Source of the DNA: an uncultured Candidatus Bathyarchaeia archaeon
Lineage (GTDB): Archaea > Thermoproteota > Bathyarchaeia > TCS64
Direction: 5' to 3'
Length of the DNA stretch: 12,283 nt
Assembly: GCA_964513225.1 (NCBI GenBank)
Contig: CAZEMD010000008.1
Location: forward strand, 7,180-19,462
The notes under the pieces are model-generated. The model was not told the DNA's origin, ran no database searches, and saw nothing but the letters and a program-made list of their open reading frames with translations. This document shows, piece by piece, positions 6,774 to 12,283 of the stretch. Position 1 is the first letter of the stretch. Each line of letters starts with the position of its first letter. A program made the position numbers and the translations under genes.

Positions 6774-7319
6774 ATGCCTCCTCCAGCTGTTAAGACGTTA
6801 AAGGATCTCCTATACTGGCAGTACGCTAAGATCATCTCGGGGTCGGCGGGCCTCGGGAAGTCCAACCACAGGTTCATCATGGACAGGTACAAGAAGCTGA
6901 AGAGCGGCGAGATAGAGTGGAGCACATCCATCTGCGAGTGGGTTCATGAGAGGGAGAGTCCCGATATTTGTATCTACTGCGGGGGAGGTGGCCCACTCAC
7001 GGTGGAGCACATGATCCCCAGGAGCCGTGGAGGCCCCGACCACCCTGATAACGCTGTCTGGGTGTGCGGCAGCTGTAACGCTAGCAAGGGAGATAAGCGG
7101 CTTTACGAGTTCTTCATCCTGGAAGATAGAAACAGGCTCTCCAGGATAGCGGAGGGAAAATACCTGAAACTGCTCTACGAAGAGCTTGACAAGCGAGGCC
7201 TGCTGGAGGTAGGCAGGGAGAGCCTTGGAGAACTCTGCGAGATCTGTGACCTAGGCCCCAAGTGTCCCGTGGCCAAAGACCTCACGGTGTACTGCCTCGA
7301 AGGCGTGTTCACCAAGTAG
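6774..7319 (+). CDS. HNH endonuclease-domain protein
   Basis: CIYCGGGGPLTVEHMIPRSRGGPDHPDNAVWVCGSCNASKGDK is a complete HNH (beta-beta-alpha-Me) motif with CxxC...CxxC zinc ligands. There is an extra C-terminal Cys cluster (CEICDLGPKCPVAKDLTVYC). GC is host-like. Confidence 0.85.
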   Translation: MPPPAVKTLKDLLYWQYAKIISGSAGLGKSNHRFIMDRYKKLKSGEIEWSTSICEWVHERESPDICIYCGGGGPLTVEHMIPRSRGGPDHPDNAVWVCGSCNASKGDKRLYEFFILEDRNRLSRIAEGKYLKLLYEELDKRGLLEVGRESLGELCEICDLGPKCPVAKDLTVYCLEGVFTK

Positions 7320-7320
7320 T

Positions 7321-7623
7321 TCAGTGTGGAGCGTACTCCATAAACCAATTATGTATCAAGGCACTCTGGGGCGTATTCATGTTTCTCAAAGGCCTCGACT
7401 CCTTTGTCGTCATCTTGTAGACGTATCTGGCGGCTGAGATCTTCTCCTTGGTGAGGTACCCCTTTTCCACGAGGTCGTTCACCATCTCCTTTCCCCGCCT
7501 CCACGGGATGGCGACCCTGTAGACTATCCTGTTCAGCACCTCCACGCTGTTGTGAACCGCCTCAAGGATCTCCAGGTAATTTTCCGTGGGGGAGCGTATC
7601 CTCGCTCTTCGACGCTTCAACAA
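7321..7623 (-). CDS. Small winged-helix DNA-binding protein (HTH_45/ArnR-like size and pattern)
   Basis: ENYLEILEAVHNSVEVLNRIVYRVAIPWRRGKEMVNDLVEKGYLTKEK fits small archaeal wHTH regulators. The start is TTG (7623), with no ATG near the N-terminus. Its stop is 1 nt from the stop of the convergent HNH gene. Confidence 0.6.
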   Translation of the reverse strand: MLKRRRARIRSPTENYLEILEAVHNSVEVLNRIVYRVAIPWRRGKEMVNDLVEKGYLTKEKISAARYVYKMTTKESRPLRNMNTPQSALIHNWFMEYAPH

Positions 7624-7634
7624 ACGAATAATAA

Positions 7635-7670
7635 ATCTCTTTTAGATATAATTTTTGGCGCAGCGAAAGG
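7635..7670 (-). repeat. Repeat B: partial copy of the tRNA-Ser 3' end plus the same flank as repeat A (att-like site)
   Basis: atctctttta[gatata]atttttggcgcagcgaaagg. It is identical to repeat A apart from a 6-nt insertion and one G>A change. Bases 7656-7670 match the tRNA 3' end 14/15. Confidence 0.7.
7643..7652 (-). promoter_or_regulatory. TATA-box candidate for the wHTH gene (minus strand ATTATATCTA)
   Basis: It is centred about 24-25 nt upstream of the TTG start at 7623. It is formed largely by the 6-nt gatata insertion that distinguishes repeat B from repeat A. Confidence 0.3.
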
Positions 7671-7825
7671 TGTGAGCTTGTGTCTCGTTCCAATAACGTT
7701 CGTTTATGGTTTGAGTGGGGTTCGAATCCTATTGCAGTGGAGACGTAGCTCCAATGGCTTCCTCGCCTTTAGAGACATTCTGGAGTATTTATAGAATAAG
7801 GCAATGCCATTCACGCATTAAACTA

Positions 7826-7864
7826 ATTTTCGGTTTTCACCGAAATTTTCGGTTTTTACCGAAA
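7826..7864. repeat. Two tandem palindromes TTTCGGT-N4-ACCGAAA (operator / origin / recombinase-binding-site candidate)
   Basis: First palindrome: ttttcggt tttc accgaaa (7826-7844). Second palindrome: ttttcggt tttt accgaaaa (7845-7864). They are back to back with about 19-nt periodicity, in non-coding DNA between repeats B and C. Confidence 0.6.
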
Positions 7865-7992
7865 ATTATGATTGATTCCTCAGAGGTAGAGGGTTGGGTG
7901 TCTTTGTTTCTTTCACGGCTACAGTAATAGAGCTAGCACATTAGATCAGTGGGGCTTAAACCTTGTATCTAAATAAAAAATTCAATGTCTTT

Positions 7993-8014
7993 TGGCGCAG
8001 CGGAGATGATTCGA
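7993..8014 (-). repeat. Repeat C: partial copy of the tRNA-Ser 3' end reaching into the T-loop (att-like site)
   Basis: tggcgcagcgga gat gattcga versus tRNA tggcgcagcgga agg gattcga, 19/22 identical. It is preceded by the same T tract as repeats A and B. Confidence 0.65.
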
Positions 8015-8025
8015 TGACGATGTTT

Positions 8026-8052
8026 CCCCTCAGGGCTTTTATTGTTGAGGGG
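8026..8052. other. 7-bp inverted repeat cccctca / tgagggg with a 13-nt loop, between repeat C and the M20 gene 3' end
   Basis: Arms at 8026-8032 and 8046-8052. On the plus strand it is followed by ggttttctt. It could end transcription entering from either side. Confidence 0.35.
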
Positions 8053-8076
8053 GAGGGGCTTTGGTTTTCTTCACGC

Positions 8077-9348
8077 CTAAGCGGTTCCCAGCAGTTCCAT
8101 GAGGAACAGCGCGTATACCTTGGTGTTGTCGATTAGGCCGTCCACGGTCACGTACTCGTTGTAGGTGTGCACGTTCCCTCCACCGCCGCAGCCGTAGCTC
8201 ACGAAAGCCCTGTCGGGGTACCTCATGTTGTACCACGCGTTGTCGCTTGAGCCGCCGCCCACCGTGTCGTTCAACTTGGGGGTGAAGCCCAGCACCTTGG
8301 ACACAGAGCCCTGGAGGGCCCCCACCAGTGTGGGGTCGATCTTCGAGACGCTGGGGTTGAACCACCTCTCGGGCACGAACTCCACAGTGGCGTCGAACTC
8401 GGGGTCCTCCCGTTTCAGGTCGTCGACCATGGCCCGTATCTCTGCCTCGGTGCTCTCGAACGACTCCACCTGGGGGATGAAACGCCTGTCCACCTGCACG
8501 ACGCAGGAGTCGGGGACGTTGTTCCCTGTCAGGAAGGCGTAGACCAGGTTTATGGACAGTCTGCCTTTCCCCGTGACCTCGAAGTCCCCTGACTTGAACC
8601 TGTCTCTCCTGTTGTTGACGTCCTCCCGTAGCTCCTGGAGCCTGTTTATGAGCTTCACGGCCTTCACGGCGGCGTTTACGCCCTGGTCGTTTCTCCCGGT
8701 GTGCGCCGTGTGGCCCCTCACGGTTACCCTGTAGTATGCTCGTCCGTTGGCGGCTATCCCCATCTTTCTGCCGTCGCCGCCTCCGCCGGAGTAGAGGAGG
8801 TAGTCGGTGTCGCAGTGGCCCTGGTCCACGACGTACTTCATGCCCTGGTGGCCGCCCCGCTCCTCGTCGCAGACGAAGGCGAACACTATGTCGCCTTTGA
8901 GCCGCACGCCGGCGTCCTCGATGGCCTTCACCGCGTATAGCAGCGGCGGGATGGGGAACTTGTGGTCGCTGACGCCGCGTCCATACATCTTGCCGTCCTC
9001 TATGGCGCCGCTGAAGGGGCCGTGCTTCCATTTCTTGATGTCTCCCACGGGCACCGTATCATAGTGGGCGTACACCGTGATGGATGGCTCGCCCTCTGTT
9101 CCCCTGTACCGAGCCATGACGTTGGGCCTGTCGATGGATCTTTGTTCGATGCGGGCGTCGTCTAGCCCGAACTTCTTTACCTCGTCGAGGAGGAACCTCC
9201 CGATCTCGGCTTCCTCGCCGGTGACGCTGGGTATCTGGACTAGCTTCTGCATGAGGGACACTATGTCGTCCCTGTAGGAGTCGACGTTTTCTAGGACCTT
9301 TGCCTCGTCCTTGGTTATCATTCCACCTTCAATGCCTCCTTCGACCAT
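8077..9348 (-). CDS. M20-family metallopeptidase / deacylase (ArgE/DapE/CPG2-like)
   Basis: LVQIPSVTGEE, YAHYDTVPVGD...W.HGPFSG.IEDGKMYGRGVSDHK and FAFVCDEERGG are the conserved metal-binding and catalytic blocks of M20 enzymes. An alternative start is the ATG at 9321, preceded by AGGTGG. Confidence 0.85.
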   Translation of the reverse strand: MVEGGIEGGMITKDEAKVLENVDSYRDDIVSLMQKLVQIPSVTGEEAEIGRFLLDEVKKFGLDDARIEQRSIDRPNVMARYRGTEGEPSITVYAHYDTVPVGDIKKWKHGPFSGAIEDGKMYGRGVSDHKFPIPPLLYAVKAIEDAGVRLKGDIVFAFVCDEERGGHQGMKYVVDQGHCDTDYLLYSGGGGDGRKMGIAANGRAYYRVTVRGHTAHTGRNDQGVNAAVKAVKLINRLQELREDVNNRRDRFKSGDFEVTGKGRLSINLVYAFLTGNNVPDSCVVQVDRRFIPQVESFESTEAEIRAMVDDLKREDPEFDATVEFVPERWFNPSVSKIDPTLVGALQGSVSKVLGFTPKLNDTVGGGSSDNAWYNMRYPDRAFVSYGCGGGGNVHTYNEYVTVDGLIDNTKVYALFLMELLGTA

Positions 9349-9386
9349 TAATCGTTTTCGCGGTCGTCAGGTGGTTGATAATTTTG

Positions 9387-9427
9387 TGGCTAGGCGGAAG
9401 TGATTCGAACCTTGAGGCTCAGATGCC
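9387..9427 (-). pseudogene. Diverged 3' half of a tRNA-Ser-like gene (CCA, acceptor 3' strand, T arm, variable-arm part); non-functional remnant
   Basis: tggctaggcggaagtgattcgaac-cttgaggctcagatgcc aligns with tRNA positions 10221-10262, with about 34 of 42 identical. A 1-nt deletion plus a substitution break the T stem. The acceptor strand differs (CCGCCTA vs CCGCTGC), and there is no 5' half. Confidence 0.6.
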
Positions 9428-9482
9428 GCTTGTACAACGTTTAAAGGATCATTAAGCAGGTTTACAGCAGGGAGTCATCGAG

Positions 9483-10214
9483 ATGCCCGGCATACTGGTA
9501 GGCGAGACATGGATAGAGTGCAGGCTGGTGTTGTTCGACCTGGACGGGACGCTTGTGGACAAGGAGTTCAGGTACAGGTCGCTGGCGGAGGCGAGGCACG
9601 GGGAGGTGTCGAGGGTGGCGGGGGCCGCGGCCGCCGGGAGGTGGGCGGAGCTGTCCGGCGTGGACGAGGGGTTCAACGTGGACATGAGGGGGCCGCTGTC
9701 CAAGGCGCCCAGGAGGGAGGACCTGACGGTCGCCGCGGCGGCCATCTGGCTGGAGGGGCTGGACTGGTTCAAGGCGAAGGAGCTCGCCGCCAAGGCCTAC
9801 GAGGCCGCCGACCGTATGCAGAGCGGACGGTACAAGCCCAAGCTCATCGAGGGGACCGAGGGCATGCTGAGGAGCCTGAAGGAGGCGGGCCTGATGCTGG
9901 GGATTGCGACGAACGGCAGCGGGAGGACGGCCCGCGAGATCATGGGGGCCATAGGCGTCGAGGAGTTGTTCGACCTCTACATCGGGGCGGACGAGGTAGC
10001 CGAGGGGAAGCCAGCGCCGGACATGATCGTCGCCGCCTGTAGGCGGCTCGGGGTGAGCCCCGGGGACGCGGTGTACGTGGGTGATGAAGCCGTGGACGCG
10101 CTGGCGGGCGAGGCGGCGGGGGTGAAGGGAACCGTGCTGGTAAACCCTGAAAAGGATGCAGCTCAGCACTCACACCTCGTTCTGGACTCGGTGGCCGACA
10201 TCAAGACTCGATGA
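9483..10214 (+). CDS. HAD-superfamily hydrolase (subfamily IA, phosphatase-like)
   Basis: HAD motif I LFDLDGTLVD, motif II GIATNGSG, motif III GKPAPDM and motif IV VYVGDEAVDALAGEAAG are all present. Confidence 0.85.
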   Translation: MPGILVGETWIECRLVLFDLDGTLVDKEFRYRSLAEARHGEVSRVAGAAAAGRWAELSGVDEGFNVDMRGPLSKAPRREDLTVAAAAIWLEGLDWFKAKELAAKAYEAADRMQSGRYKPKLIEGTEGMLRSLKEAGLMLGIATNGSGRTAREIMGAIGVEELFDLYIGADEVAEGKPAPDMIVAACRRLGVSPGDAVYVGDEAVDALAGEAAGVKGTVLVNPEKDAAQHSHLVLDSVADIKTR

Positions 10215-10220
10215 ATGGAG

Positions 10221-10306
10221 TGGCGCAGCGGAAGGGATTCGAACCCTTGAGGCTCAAAGGCCACTGGTTTTCGAGACCAGCGCAATCACCGCTCTGCCAC
10301 CGCTGC
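10221..10306 (-). tRNA. tRNA-Ser (anticodon CGA), 86 nt including genomically encoded CCA
   Basis: Minus-strand read: GCAGCGG TG GCAG AGCGGTGA TTGC G CTGGT CTCGAAA ACCAG TGGCCTTTGAGCCTC AAGGG TTCGAAT CCCTT CCGCTGC G CCA. It has a perfect 7-bp acceptor stem, a 5-bp anticodon stem, a 5-bp T stem, a long variable arm (class II), a G73 discriminator and no intron. Confidence 0.93.
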
Positions 10307-10325
10307 CCAGAGTGAAACCAAATAC
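10295..10325. repeat. Direct repeat copy 1: tRNA-Ser 5' end (12 nt) plus 19 nt of its upstream flank
   Basis: tgccaccgctgcccagagtgaaacc-aaatac, compared with 11604-11635. Confidence 0.8.
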
Positions 10326-10328
10326 CCC

Positions 10329-10347
10329 GACATATATGCTTTCCCCG
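10329..10347 (-). promoter_or_regulatory. Archaeal BRE/TATA promoter of tRNA-Ser (minus strand GGGGAAAGCATATATG)
   Basis: The TATA element catatatg (10331-10338) is centred about 28 nt upstream of tRNA position 1 (10306). A purine-rich BRE-like tract lies immediately upstream. Confidence 0.5.
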
Positions 10348-10427
10348 CCAAGAGAAGGAAACCCATCTGGCGCCCTCAGAGACGCCACCATGGTTAACGA
10401 TATTAGAGCAGGGGAGCACGTATACCG

Positions 10428-11588
10428 ATGGTTCCACAGGGTTACTTCAAGTTGATCCGGGGCGGAGAGGTATACGCACCGGAGCACGTCGGCGCCAAGG
10501 ACATTCTCATGGCAGGCAAACAGATAATCATGATCAAGGAAAACCTGGATGCCCCCCGGTCCCTCAGGGTCCAGGTGATAGACGCCTCGGGCTGCACGGT
10601 GGTTCCCGGCCTCATCGACCCCCACGTGCACGTGCTGGGAGGCGGCGGAGAAGGGGGCCCTGCCACCCGGGTCCCGCCCATCTCCCTGACGGACGTCACC
10701 CTCGCCGGCGTCACAACGGTGGTCGGGGTGCTGGGCACCGACAACGTCACCAGGTCCGCCGAGGCGTTGCTGGCCAAGACCAAGGGGCTGCGCCTCGAAG
10801 GCGTTAGCTCCTACATGTACACGGGCTCGTTCCACTACCCCCCGTCCACGGTGACCGGGAGCGTGAAGCGGGACGTCGCCTTCATCGAGGAGGTCGTCGG
10901 CGTGAAGACCGCCGTCTCGGATCACAGGGACTCCCAGATGACCGTCCACGAGCTGGCGCGCCTATCATCCGACGCCCGTTTCGGCGGCATGCTCGGCGGC
11001 AAGACCGGTATCGTCCACGTCCACCTGGGCGGCGGCCCCGACGGGCTGGGCCCCGTCAACGAGGTCGTCAGGCGCGGCAACATCCCCGTAACCCAGTTCT
11101 TTCCCACCCACGTCAACCGCAGCCCGGAGCTGCTGGAGCAGGGGATGGACCTGGTCAGGAGGGGCGGGGCCATCGACCTCAACCCCGGCGAGGAAGAGGG
11201 AGACACCCTGTCGGATGTGGCGGCTCTCCGCGACGGCGGCGTAGACCTCACACGGGTCACCTATAGCTCCGACGGCAACGGGACGCTGTGCAGGTTCAGC
11301 GAGGAAGGCGAGCTCGTCGGCTACGGCGTGGGAAAGGTGTCCGCCCTCATGGACGCCCTCAGAGCCATAGTGGAGTCCGGGACGCTGCCCCTAACGGATG
11401 CGCTGAGGCTCTTCGGCTGCAACGCCGCGGCCGTGCTGGGCCTGCCAGGGAAGGGCCGGATAGGGGAGGGAATGGACGCCGACATACTCGTCCTCGACGG
11501 CGACATGAACGTAGACAAGGTCTTCGCCCGCGGCAGGCTCATGGTGGACGAGGGCCGCGCGGTGGTCAAGGGGACCTTCGAGCGATAA
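10428..11588 (+). CDS. iadA: Isoaspartyl dipeptidase (amidohydrolase superfamily)
   Basis: PGLIDPHVHVLGGGGEGGPATR, LAGVTTVVGVLGTDNVTRS.EALLAKTKGL..EG, TGSFHYP..TVTGSV..DVAFIEEVVGVK.AVSDHR, GGKTGIVHVHLG and FPTHVNR closely follow the block structure of E. coli IadA as I recall it. Confidence 0.85.
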   Translation: MVPQGYFKLIRGGEVYAPEHVGAKDILMAGKQIIMIKENLDAPRSLRVQVIDASGCTVVPGLIDPHVHVLGGGGEGGPATRVPPISLTDVTLAGVTTVVGVLGTDNVTRSAEALLAKTKGLRLEGVSSYMYTGSFHYPPSTVTGSVKRDVAFIEEVVGVKTAVSDHRDSQMTVHELARLSSDARFGGMLGGKTGIVHVHLGGGPDGLGPVNEVVRRGNIPVTQFFPTHVNRSPELLEQGMDLVRRGGAIDLNPGEEEGDTLSDVAALRDGGVDLTRVTYSSDGNGTLCRFSEEGELVGYGVGKVSALMDALRAIVESGTLPLTDALRLFGCNAAAVLGLPGKGRIGEGMDADILVLDGDMNVDKVFARGRLMVDEGRAVVKGTFER

Positions 11589-11603
11589 ACCATCGAACCA
11601 CGG

Positions 11604-11635
11604 TGCCATCGCCGCCCAGAGTGAAACCGAAATAC
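11604..11635. repeat. Direct repeat copy 2: diverged copy of the tRNA-Ser 5' end plus upstream flank
   Basis: tgccatcgccgcccagagtgaaaccgaaatac: two substitutions and a 1-nt indel relative to 10295-10325. It sits in the 95-nt spacer between the convergent iadA and AstE/AspA-family genes. Confidence 0.8.
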
Positions 11636-11683
11636 GAAGCACATCGGCGCTCCCATCTATATACAGGAAAAAAGGAGCTTAGT

Positions 11684-12283
11684 CTAGTCCTTCGGGTGGG
11701 TGAAGGCGTACGCCACATTTGCCCCGGTCTGCACCGTCTGCAGGCCCCCGCTGGTGCCGAGGACGCTGCCGCACGGGTATGCCCACGTGTACCCCTCCAC
11801 GGGCATCCTGGCCTCCTCCAGGACGTCGCCGTAGAGGTCGTATATCTCGGCGAACACCTCGCCCTCCTCGATGAGCTCACCGGGCCTCTTGTGGAACCTG
11901 ATGAGGCCCCCGCGGTTGGCCCTGATGACGCCGTGGAACCTGTTGAGGCCCGGCACGACTGGGAACCCCTCCTGGGGCTCCTTCTCGCCGTCGATCATGT
12001 CGAACTCCTTCATGATGTTCATGACGCCCTTGACGCCCGCGGTGGTGGAGGGCTCGCTGATCCACCTCCCGTCGATGAGCTCCATGAGGAGTATGGGCAC
12101 CCCTTTCCCGGCGGCGAGGTTCCCGATGGTGGGGGGCGCGTCGCCTCGGAGCGGCGTCTCGGAGACTATGGTGGTGACGCCGAAGCACTCGGCCATCCTT
12201 AGCATCTGGTCCCTCGTCGCGGGGTTCCCGACGTTTATCCACTGGTAGATGAGGGAGTCGGGCCTGGTGTTGCAGTGTATGTT
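11684..12283 (-). CDS. Succinylglutamate desuccinylase/aspartoacylase (AstE/AspA, M14-like) family protein, C-terminal part; 5' end lies outside the window
   Basis: The frame stays open upstream of the listed ATG to the window edge (NIHCNTRPDSLIYQWINVGNPATRDQ-MLRMAE...). IHCN resembles the zinc-ligand His block. The C-terminal beta-rich region (VIRANRGGLIRFHKRPGELIEEGEVFAEIYDLYG) is typical of the family. Confidence 0.65.
   Translation of the reverse strand, partial: NIHCNTRPDSLIYQWINVGNPATRDQMLRMAECFGVTTIVSETPLRGDAPPTIGNLAAGKGVPILLMELIDGRWISEPSTTAGVKGVMNIMKEFDMIDGEKEPQEGFPVVPGLNRFHGVIRANRGGLIRFHKRPGELIEEGEVFAEIYDLYGDVLEEARMPVEGYTWAYPCGSVLGTSGGLQTVQTGANVAYAFTHPKD

Larger units (their letters stand above)
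598..7634. mobile_element. Putative degraded integrated element / genomic island bounded by repeats A and B; mosaic, no integrase recognised
   Basis: It is bracketed by direct repeats of about 30 nt derived from the tRNA 3' end. It contains two IS transposase genes, a strongly AT-shifted block, an HNH nuclease and small wHTH regulators. Confidence 0.4.

Noticed and set aside
6671-6931. An 86-aa minus-strand ORF overlapping the HNH gene start.
   Set aside because: It overlaps a well-supported CDS, has no recognisable motifs, and spans the composition boundary. It is likely spurious.
7658-7740. Plus-strand tRNA-like signal: GGGGTTCGAATCC (7717-7729), with cgcagcg (7658-7664) able to pair 6/7 with tgcagtg (7733-7739).
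   Set aside because: The T stem would have only 3 pairs, and no D arm or anticodon arm can be drawn. The acceptor pairing probably arises because 7658-7664 is itself part of tRNA-derived repeat B. At most this is a scrap of another tRNA 3' end.
580-10235. Could the recurring tggcgcagcg motif be a CRISPR-like array?
   Set aside because: Spacing is irregular (about 7.1 kb, 0.34 kb, 1.4 kb and 0.83 kb). The units match a tRNA 3' end, and genes lie between them. No CRISPR array is present in the window.
9387-11635. Split-tRNA idea: the 3' half-like fragment at 9387-9427 and the 5' end-like fragment at 11604-11615 as two halves of one trans-spliced tRNA.
   Set aside because: The acceptor strands are not complementary: the 3' strand CCGCCTA needs TAGGCGG, but the 5' fragment reads GCGGCGA. 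The T stem of the 3' fragment is also broken, and the 5' fragment loses tRNA similarity after about 12 nt.
35-12242. Many long ORFs in alternative or antisense frames of the GC-rich genes: 35..466, 2246..2911, 2351..2860, 8039..9031, 9462..10169, 9509..10042, 10254..10949, 11288..12202 and 11877..12242.
   Set aside because: Their products are Arg/Pro/Gly/His-rich low-complexity strings. Each fully overlaps a frame with clear family motifs. These are the typical shadow ORFs of high-GC coding DNA.

Overview
Archaeal-looking, GC-rich chromosomal segment. Evidence: an archaeal-type tRNA with an encoded CCA, TATA-box spacing, AGG/AGA-rich codon use and oligo-T tracts after genes. The housekeeping part is amino-acid/peptide metabolism: a partial Ldh_2-type dehydrogenase (1-548), an M20 peptidase (8077-9348, -), a HAD hydrolase (9483-10214), isoaspartyl dipeptidase iadA (10428-11588) and a partial AstE/AspA-family enzyme (11684-12283, -). 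The accessory part is organised around tRNA-Ser(CGA) (10221-10306, -). Four partial copies of that tRNA's 3' end lie on its 3' side in the same orientation, at about 580, 7656, 7993 and 9387. A 30-nt copy of its 5' end plus promoter-proximal flank lies at 11604-11635. The two outer 3'-end copies bracket a roughly 7-kb mosaic with no recognisable integrase. That mosaic holds: an IS110-family element with 12-bp terminal inverted repeats and a strongly structured leader (bridge-RNA candidate); an IS4/IS5-type DDE transposase gene; an extremely AT-rich block with a TrmB-like regulator, a decayed membrane gene and a small 4-TM protein; a gene for a secreted protein with a hydrophobic 12-Cys C-terminal domain; an HNH nuclease; and a small wHTH protein. 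My best candidate for something new is the Cys-rich secreted protein locus (archaeocin/toxin-like) inside this foreign island. All family calls come from motif recognition by eye and no searches were run.
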